Shown: one piece after another, positions 58,037 to 64,000 of the stretch
Layout of the letters: each line of letters begins with the position of its first letter
Numbering within the stretch: position 1 is the stretch's first letter
Program-made: the position numbers and the translations under genes
Assembly: GCA_046597065.1 (NCBI GenBank)
Contig: JBKJLI010000002.1
Span: 180,071 to 244,070 of the forward strand
DNA: 64,000 nt
Source of the DNA: Candidatus Saccharimonadia bacterium
Lineage (GTDB): Bacteria; Patescibacteriota; Saccharimonadia; UBA4664; SCTI01
Direction: 5' to 3'
Notes under the pieces: model-generated
What the model was told of the DNA's origin: nothing
Seen by the model: the letters and a program-made list of their open reading frames with translations, nothing else
Database searches by the model: none

Positions 58037-58324
58037 ATGTTTGATCGTGCAAAAACCCTATATGAGCTCAAAAAGATTCAGTCAGCTTTAGCCAAAGAGG
58101 TGATTGAAGTTGAAGCCGGCAATGGTGCGGTTACAGTTGAGATTAATGGAGAGCAAAAAATAAAGCGCATAAGCCTTAATCGTGATTTGATTGATCTTGA
58201 CGAGATATCAAAACTCGAAAAGCAGATCGAATCGGCTATCACACAGGCTATCACTCAAAGCCAACAACTGGCCGCCGAAAAAATGAAATCGGTTGCCGGC
58301 GGCCTTGGTATACCCGGCCTGTAA
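58037..58324 (+). CDS. ybaB: YbaB/EbfC nucleoid-associated protein
   Basis: AGNGAV.V.INGEQ; upstream of recR. Confidence 0.9.
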   Translation: MFDRAKTLYELKKIQSALAKEVIEVEAGNGAVTVEINGEQKIKRISLNRDLIDLDEISKLEKQIESAITQAITQSQQLAAEKMKSVAGGLGIPGL

Positions 58325-58341
58325 CCGAGTACCGTTAGCCT

Positions 58342-58941
58342 ATGCAAATTATTCCACCATCGGTTGATAAGTTGATAGAAGAGTTCGGGCGCCTACCCGG
58401 AATTGGGCCGCGCTCGGCAGAAAGGTTGGTATTCTTTCTGCTTAAGTCAGATACCGGACAAGAAGAGCGTTTGGGGCAAGCTTTGGTTGAATTACGGCGA
58501 AATTTATCGACCTGTTCGCGTTGCCATAATCTAAGCGAGGGTGAGCTTTGTGTCATATGTTCAAGCCCCCGTCGTGACCCTAAAATTTTGGCAGTAGTAG
58601 AAGAACCGCTTGATGTCGTGGCGGTTGAAAAAACCGGCCTATACCACGGACTGTATCATATTTTGGGCGGGGTAATCTCTCCAATTGATGGCATCGGCCC
58701 CAATCAACTAACCATCGACCACTTAATTCAGCGTGTTAAAGAGGGTGAAGTACAAGAAGTGGTTTTAGCTACAAACCCCACCACCGAGGGCGAAGCAACG
58801 GCGCTGTACATTCGTAAGCAGTTGGCTGATAGCGAGCTAAAAATTAGCCGTTTGGCCCGCGGATTGCCGGTTGGTGGCGATCTAGAGTATGCCGATCAAA
58901 TAACCTTGGGCCGGGCACTTCAAGAACGGCAGGTATTCTAA
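58342..58941 (+). CDS. recR: Recombination mediator RecR
   Basis: LPGIG.RSA.R, C4 Zn finger, EGEATA.Y, G.PVGG.LEY.D. Confidence 0.98.
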   Translation: MQIIPPSVDKLIEEFGRLPGIGPRSAERLVFFLLKSDTGQEERLGQALVELRRNLSTCSRCHNLSEGELCVICSSPRRDPKILAVVEEPLDVVAVEKTGLYHGLYHILGGVISPIDGIGPNQLTIDHLIQRVKEGEVQEVVLATNPTTEGEATALYIRKQLADSELKISRLARGLPVGGDLEYADQITLGRALQERQVF

Positions 58942-59963
58942 TGACCGAGCTCAAAACTGCTATTAAGCAGCTTGGCCAATTGATTGACGGTGCCAAAACA
59001 GTATTAGTCCTACAGCCTGAAAAGCCAGACACCGACAGCCTGACTAGCTCACTTGCGCTAGAACAAATATTAGGCGAGCTCGGTAAAACGGTTATTTTAT
59101 ATTGCAAAGATAAGATTCCACATTACATTTCTTACTTTGAGGGCGCAGACCGTGTAGTTGATGAGTTTCCTAAGCAATACGACATTGCCATACTTGTTGA
59201 TACCGGCGGTCCGGGGCAGGTTACTCGGACACTAGAAGATCACCAACCAAAACTGGTCAAAAAACCCTTTACGGTGATCGATCATCACCCAACACGCGAA
59301 TCGCTTCCTTTTGAAAACCTAGAGGTAGTTGATGGTAAGGCTACATCAACTAATGAGCTAATATTTGAAATTGCTGGGCAGTTGGGGTGGAAGATCAATG
59401 CCGAAGCCGCTCAGCTAATGATCCCCGGCATTTTGGCAGACACGCGCAATTTAAGCATTCCAACCGTTGGAGCTAAAGAGTTCCGCTTAGTTGCAGATCT
59501 GATTGACCAAGGAGCCGACATCTTTAAATCACACGAAGACTTTCGAAAGATTAATAGTATCTCGGTTGAGCTGGTAAAAGTTAAGGGTGAGATACTTTCG
59601 CGCATAGAAAGCTTTGCTGATGGCAAAATTTTGTTTGTGCACATCACTCCCGATGAATTAAGTAAATACGCCGAAATCCACGATCCGGCCGATTTGGTGA
59701 TGTATGAGATGCAGCGTGCTGAGGGCGTAGAGGTGGCAGTAGTCATGCGCCATTATGGTGGTGAGAGCAATAAAATTAAAGTATCTACCCGCGCCAACAT
59801 GCCGGTAGCGGGCAAAACCTGTGCTGAGTTCGGTGGCGGAGGGCACGATCGAGCCTCGGGTTGTCAGTTTAATGGTACGCCGCTTGATGATGCCAAAAAA
59901 CGCTTTATTAAGGCTCTAACTGATAATATTGAAGAATATGAAGCTCTACAACACGCTAACTAG
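58941..59963 (+). CDS. DHH/DHHA1 phosphoesterase (NrnA-like)
   Basis: PD.DS, VD, IDHH, GI..DT, GGGGH..A.G. Confidence 0.9.
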   Translation: MTELKTAIKQLGQLIDGAKTVLVLQPEKPDTDSLTSSLALEQILGELGKTVILYCKDKIPHYISYFEGADRVVDEFPKQYDIAILVDTGGPGQVTRTLEDHQPKLVKKPFTVIDHHPTRESLPFENLEVVDGKATSTNELIFEIAGQLGWKINAEAAQLMIPGILADTRNLSIPTVGAKEFRLVADLIDQGADIFKSHEDFRKINSISVELVKVKGEILSRIESFADGKILFVHITPDELSKYAEIHDPADLVMYEMQRAEGVEVAVVMRHYGGESNKIKVSTRANMPVAGKTCAEFGGGGHDRASGCQFNGTPLDDAKKRFIKALTDNIEEYEALQHAN

Positions 59964-61308
59964 AAGTAAGCAGGAGTTTGTACCGATTAAAGCGGGCCAG
60001 GTGAGTCTTTATACTTGTGGCCCAACCGTCTATGACGATCTTCAAATTGGTAATTGGCGCAACCAGGTGTTTAATGATCTATTAACACGAACGCTAAGAA
60101 ACACAGGCTTAAAAGTTAATCGAGTAATGAACATTACCAATGTTGGCCATCTTGTTAGTGACGGAGACGAAGGTGAAGATAAGCTAGAAAAGGGCGCTAA
60201 GCGCGAAGGTAAAAGCGTCTGGCAAATAGCCGAACATTATACGGATGCCTACTACCGTGATCTTAAGCTGCTAAATATTCAATTGCCAAACACCGTAATT
60301 AAGGCTACGGACGCCATTAAAAGCCAAATCGACTTGATCAAAATTCTGATTGATAAGGATTTTGCTTACCCAGCCAAGCAAGCCATATATTTTGACGTCG
60401 GTAGGCTTGCAGACTATGGCAAGTTATCGAGTCAAAACTTGGCAGATAAAGAGGTAGGCGCCCGCAAAGAAGTAGTTACCGACCCCGAAAAGCGTCATCC
60501 TCAAGATTTTGCCTTATGGTTTTTTACGGTTGGGCATTATAGCGATCATGAAATGCGTTGGCCAAGCCCATGGGGTGATGGATTCCCCGGATGGCACCTA
60601 GAATGCTCGGCTATAATTCATCAGTCTTTAGGTGAGCCGATTGATATCCATACTGGCGGTGTCGATCATATTGGAACACACCATACCAACGAAATAGCCC
60701 AGTCTGAAGCCGCTTACGGAAAACGCCTAGCAAATTTTTGGCTACACAATGAGTTTCTGCTTATCGACGGTCAGCGGATGGGTAAGTCACTAGGAAACTT
60801 CATCACTCTGAACGATGTTATAAAACACAATATCGATCCGCTGGCGCTGCGCATGCTTTATTTGCAGGCTCATTACCGATCCCAACAGAACTTCACGTGG
60901 GAGGCTTTAGGAGCAGCTAACAACCTTCTAAGTAACTTAAGGGCATGGGCCGATTTAAGTTTCCAAATCAAAACAAACGAATATGATGAGCAGTATAAGC
61001 AGTTTGTGGCGGCCATGGAAGATGATCTAAACACACCCAAAGCACTAGTTATTTTAAGCCAACTGGTGACATTAGCTGATGCTCCCAGTTCTGATCTGCT
61101 GGAAAAGCTAGACTCATATCTTGGCCTAGAGTTGTCTTTGCGCAAAGATATTACCGCCGAGCAAAAGCAGGTAATTAGCGAAAGACAAATTGCTCGTGAA
61201 TCCGGAGACTTTATAAAATCCGATAAACTGCGCGACGAGTTATTGCAGGACGGCCTAGAGGTCGATGATATCCCCAGCGGCTCGCGCTGGCGTCGAAAGT
61301 TTAACTAA
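59938..61308 (+). CDS. cysS: Cysteine--tRNA ligase
   Basis: MKLYNTLTR, CGPTVY, PGWHLECS, DIHTGG.D, HH.NE.AQ, MGKSLGN. Confidence 0.98.
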   Translation: MKLYNTLTRSKQEFVPIKAGQVSLYTCGPTVYDDLQIGNWRNQVFNDLLTRTLRNTGLKVNRVMNITNVGHLVSDGDEGEDKLEKGAKREGKSVWQIAEHYTDAYYRDLKLLNIQLPNTVIKATDAIKSQIDLIKILIDKDFAYPAKQAIYFDVGRLADYGKLSSQNLADKEVGARKEVVTDPEKRHPQDFALWFFTVGHYSDHEMRWPSPWGDGFPGWHLECSAIIHQSLGEPIDIHTGGVDHIGTHHTNEIAQSEAAYGKRLANFWLHNEFLLIDGQRMGKSLGNFITLNDVIKHNIDPLALRMLYLQAHYRSQQNFTWEALGAANNLLSNLRAWADLSFQIKTNEYDEQYKQFVAAMEDDLNTPKALVILSQLVTLADAPSSDLLEKLDSYLGLELSLRKDITAEQKQVISERQIARESGDFIKSDKLRDELLQDGLEVDDIPSGSRWRRKFN

Positions 61309-62344
61309 CCGCCTTTATTCGTTCGCCATAAAGGTGCATCAAGATAACTTTAATGCTGGCAGCTATTGGTATGGCTACTAGGGCGCCAAACAGGCCTCCT
61401 AGTACTGTGCCAATTAATAGGGCAATCGTTACAACTAAGGGCGTTAATTCGGTAGATTTTCCATAAACCAATGGCTGCAAGACATTGTTTTCTACCTGTT
61501 GGTATACTAAGAAAAAGATTGCCATAACAATGGCCGCACTTGTAGAAGTAAACAATGCCACAATTACTACGATTACGGCTGCAATACTTGCGCCTACTAG
61601 CGGAATAAGATCAAATATTCCTACTATTAAGGCTAAGGGCACGGCGTAGGGAATGCCCAAAATTGTTAGCATGATAGCAGCAGTCACCCCGGCTATACCA
61701 CTGGTAAAGAAGTTTCCGTTAACATAGCCGGTAACCGCTCGATACATTTGTGTGGCTAACAGTTGATTACGTTCACGGTGTTTGGGTGGATTTAGCGCCC
61801 AAAATGTCTTCATCCAAATAGGTGCTTCGAGCAACATGAAAAAAGTTAGGGTAAAAATAGTTAGCCCGGCGGCAATTCCACTAAAAACGTTGCCAACAAT
61901 ATTAACGGCCGAACCGGTGGCGGTAGATAGATATTCAAATATATTGTTAGATGCTTTGGCAACGCGATCACCAAAGTTGTACTGCCTTGCTATGTCACCA
62001 AACGGTCCGTGCATGTTTTGCAACTGATCAACTGCGTTGGGGATTGAGCGGGTTAGCTGTTGCGACTGCTCAATTAAAGGTGGTGCAAAGCTGTATATGA
62101 TCACACCTAGCAGCCCAAAAAAGCCCAATAAAACTAGCATGATGCCAGCGCCTCGGCTACGGCGGGGAAGATAATGGGCTAAAAAAGACACCAGGGGGTT
62201 TAGTGCAAGTGCTAAGAATATAGAGGCCGCGATCCATAGTAGCGGCTGCTGAATCATTATTAAAACACGCCCAAGAATTATAAATACGGCTACCGAGATT
62301 AGAACCCTAAAGATGGTACGATTTTCTATACGGATCGTTTGCAT
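61301..62344 (-). CDS. AI-2E-family transporter (PerM/UPF0118)
   Basis: LA..L.P.V, DLIPLVGA, YQQVENN.LQP..G, GA..AIP; start placed at ATG 62344, 6 nt after TATAAT. Confidence 0.93.
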   Translation of the reverse strand: MQTIRIENRTIFRVLISVAVFIILGRVLIMIQQPLLWIAASIFLALALNPLVSFLAHYLPRRSRGAGIMLVLLGFFGLLGVIIYSFAPPLIEQSQQLTRSIPNAVDQLQNMHGPFGDIARQYNFGDRVAKASNNIFEYLSTATGSAVNIVGNVFSGIAAGLTIFTLTFFMLLEAPIWMKTFWALNPPKHRERNQLLATQMYRAVTGYVNGNFFTSGIAGVTAAIMLTILGIPYAVPLALIVGIFDLIPLVGASIAAVIVVIVALFTSTSAAIVMAIFFLVYQQVENNVLQPLVYGKSTELTPLVVTIALLIGTVLGGLFGALVAIPIAASIKVILMHLYGERIKAVS

Positions 62345-62440
62345 AAACACATTATATCTCGGCTGAGTGAAAGCTCAACGCTTTTAACTTACATAAGCGT
62401 TGTGGCTACTCCTGATTTCGGCTACAATACACAGGTTTGA

Positions 62441-62515
62441 TGGGGCGTGGCCAAGTGGTAAGGCACCAGGTTTTGGTCCTGGCATTCGGGGGTTCGAATC
62501 CCTCCGCCCCAGCCA
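62441..62515 (+). tRNA. tRNA-Gln(TTG)
   Basis: TGGGGCG/CGCCCCA stem; CCAGG-TTTTGGT-CCTGG; CCA; TACAAT upstream. Confidence 0.97.
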
Positions 62516-62541
62516 AGTAATTATTAGAAATATCGACAGTA

Positions 62542-63225
62542 TTATTCATTTCCACCGGCTTTTTTTGAGTCGATTCCGTCTAAAATTAGATCCAGCCCAA
62601 ACTCAAATTCTTTTATTGTCCTGTAGCCGGAGCTTGTTACATGCTCCCTAATTAACTGCCCCACATAGGGGTAAAGATCAAATGGGAACTGCGCAATAAT
62701 ATCTTTGCCCATATTTGCCTCTTGCTCTATTGATTCGGTCGGTGATCTTAGCTGCTGTGCAAATCCAAATGTATAGCTATCTAGGATCGAGATGGTATGG
62801 GCCACCATACCGATAGAGAACCCTTCCTCGCTTAAGCATTTAACTGTTGAGTTAATAAGTCTCATCGACGCGACCCCCGGCTTGAGCCTTGATTCCATTA
62901 AAGGGACTGCCCAAGGATGCCGGGCCAGCGCATGTAGTGCCGAAACGGCTCGCTGTCGCATTGCCGCAATCCAGCCTATTGAGCTCAGTGGAATCTCTAT
63001 CTCGCCGTGAACGCTATCAACCATGCCATCAATCAGATCCTCTTTATTGGCAAAATGATGATATATCGCCATTCCCTTTACACCAAGTGACATGCCCAAC
63101 TTGCGCATGCTGAGTGCCTCCATGCCGCCCATATCAGCAATTTTAATGGCAGCGATTATTACATTTTGCTTGGTAAGCGGTCTTTGGCTAGAAGTTATTT
63201 CATTGGAATCGTTTGATTTATTCAT
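62542..63225 (-). CDS. TetR-family regulator with TetR_C domain
   Basis: LSMRKL...LGV..MAIY.HF.NK; FEFGLDLILDG. Confidence 0.95.
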   Translation of the reverse strand: MNKSNDSNEITSSQRPLTKQNVIIAAIKIADMGGMEALSMRKLGMSLGVKGMAIYHHFANKEDLIDGMVDSVHGEIEIPLSSIGWIAAMRQRAVSALHALARHPWAVPLMESRLKPGVASMRLINSTVKCLSEEGFSIGMVAHTISILDSYTFGFAQQLRSPTESIEQEANMGKDIIAQFPFDLYPYVGQLIREHVTSSGYRTIKEFEFGLDLILDGIDSKKAGGNE

Positions 63226-63266
63226 CCGTTGTTGTCGAAGTTATATTCATGATTATATATAATAAT

Positions 63267-63281
63267 CTTTACAGTGTAAAG
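63267..63281. promoter_or_regulatory. Candidate TetR operator
   Basis: Perfect palindrome CTTTACA-G-TGTAAAG between divergent genes; extra half-site TGTAAGG at 63289. Confidence 0.75.
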
Positions 63282-63329
63282 TTGAAGGTGTAAGGTTTTA
63301 ATAATAGAAAGATAAATAGAGGATTTTAT

Positions 63330-64000
63330 ATGAACAGCAGCGAATCAAATGCAAAGGGTGCGTTAACACACAGAAATATATCATTATCGGCAGGTTTACT
63401 GTATCTGCTTACGTTTGTATCTGTGCCAACGCTTGCTCTCTACACTCAAGTAAAAAGTGCAAACTATATTATTGGTAACGGACCCGATACAGCTGCAATC
63501 ATAGGGGGCCTATTAGAAATAACCATCGCCCTTGCCGGAATTAGTACCGCAGTTGTGCTATACCCTTTGCTTAAAAAGCAGAATGAAATTGCCGCGCTTG
63601 GCCTTGTGGCAGCACGTGTACTTGAGTCTAGTACCATTTTTGTTGGCGTAGCGTTCATACTTACGATTGTAACCATGCGGCAAACCGGTGCGGGTTTGGA
63701 TGCATTGGCCGCAAGCCATACGCTAGCCACACTGTATGATCGCATTTTTTTGCTAGGGCAAAGCTTTATGCCCGCCATATGTGATCTGCTCCTAGGTATC
63801 ATGCTATACCAGTCGCGCTTGGTACCCCGAGCTCTTTCAATAATTGGAATACTTGGTGCTCCTCTGCTGGTAGCTGGTTATCTAGCAGTGATGTTTGGGC
63901 TAGTAGGGCAACATGCCCCCTTGGCGGGTTTGTCTGCAATTTTGGTTGCACTGTTTGAGTTTTCGTTAGGTATATGGCTAATAGTAAAAGGATTCAACTC
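63330..64000 (+). CDS. DUF4386-like membrane protein (3' end outside window; not in ORF track)
   Basis: MNSSESN...AGLLYLLTFVS...TAVVLYPLLK..NE..ALG.VAAR.LE...SRLVPR...FEFSLGIWLIVKGFN; GAGGA SD. Confidence 0.85.
   Translation, partial: MNSSESNAKGALTHRNISLSAGLLYLLTFVSVPTLALYTQVKSANYIIGNGPDTAAIIGGLLEITIALAGISTAVVLYPLLKKQNEIAALGLVAARVLESSTIFVGVAFILTIVTMRQTGAGLDALAASHTLATLYDRIFLLGQSFMPAICDLLLGIMLYQSRLVPRALSIIGILGAPLLVAGYLAVMFGLVGQHAPLAGLSAILVALFEFSLGIWLIVKGFN

Noticed and set aside
62400-62651. 83-aa plus-strand ORF
   Set aside because: Overlaps tRNA-Gln and the TetR gene
63218-63250. Minus-strand uORF MNITSTTTDE* overlapping the TetR start
   Set aside because: Short ORF in AT-rich DNA with no independent support
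63464-63802. 112-aa minus-strand ORF
   Set aside because: Shadow of the plus-strand DUF4386-like gene that runs off the window

Overview
Core-genome window of a Patescibacteria (CPR) bacterium, most likely Saccharimonadia-like. This is inferred from the absence of rpmD (L30) and adk/map in the spc operon, the EF-Tu DMPGH motif, the short AspRS and the extended L1. Genetic code 11. The window carries recG (partial), rsmD, tig, clpP, rpoB-rpoC-rpsL-rpsG-fusA-tuf-rpsJ, the S10/spc/alpha ribosomal superoperon through rplM-rpsI, six tRNAs, rpmG, secE-nusG-rplK-rplA-rplJ-rplL, dnaX-dnaB, a four-gene GtrA/GT-C/GT2/GT-C glycosylation cassette, ybaB-recR-nrnA-cysS and the start of a probable island after tRNA-Gln. 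Accessory blocks split three normally contiguous clusters. The most unusual signals read from the sequence are: (1) a GC-rich ORFan (35372-35998, minus strand) whose transcript is closed by a 16-nt 5'/3' inverted repeat and has its SD and AUG locked in a hairpin; (2) an unannotated 40-aa Cys/His-rich miniprotein; (3) a 5'-UTR that pairs over the SD and start codon of an HdeD-family gene; (4) an RCK-gated channel with no K+ selectivity filter; (5) systematic leaderless-type promoters and a recurrent GCnTAnGC promoter palindrome; (6) a two-state rpoB leader, and RpoB substitutions at rifampicin-contact positions. All functional calls come from motif recognition by eye; no database search was run.
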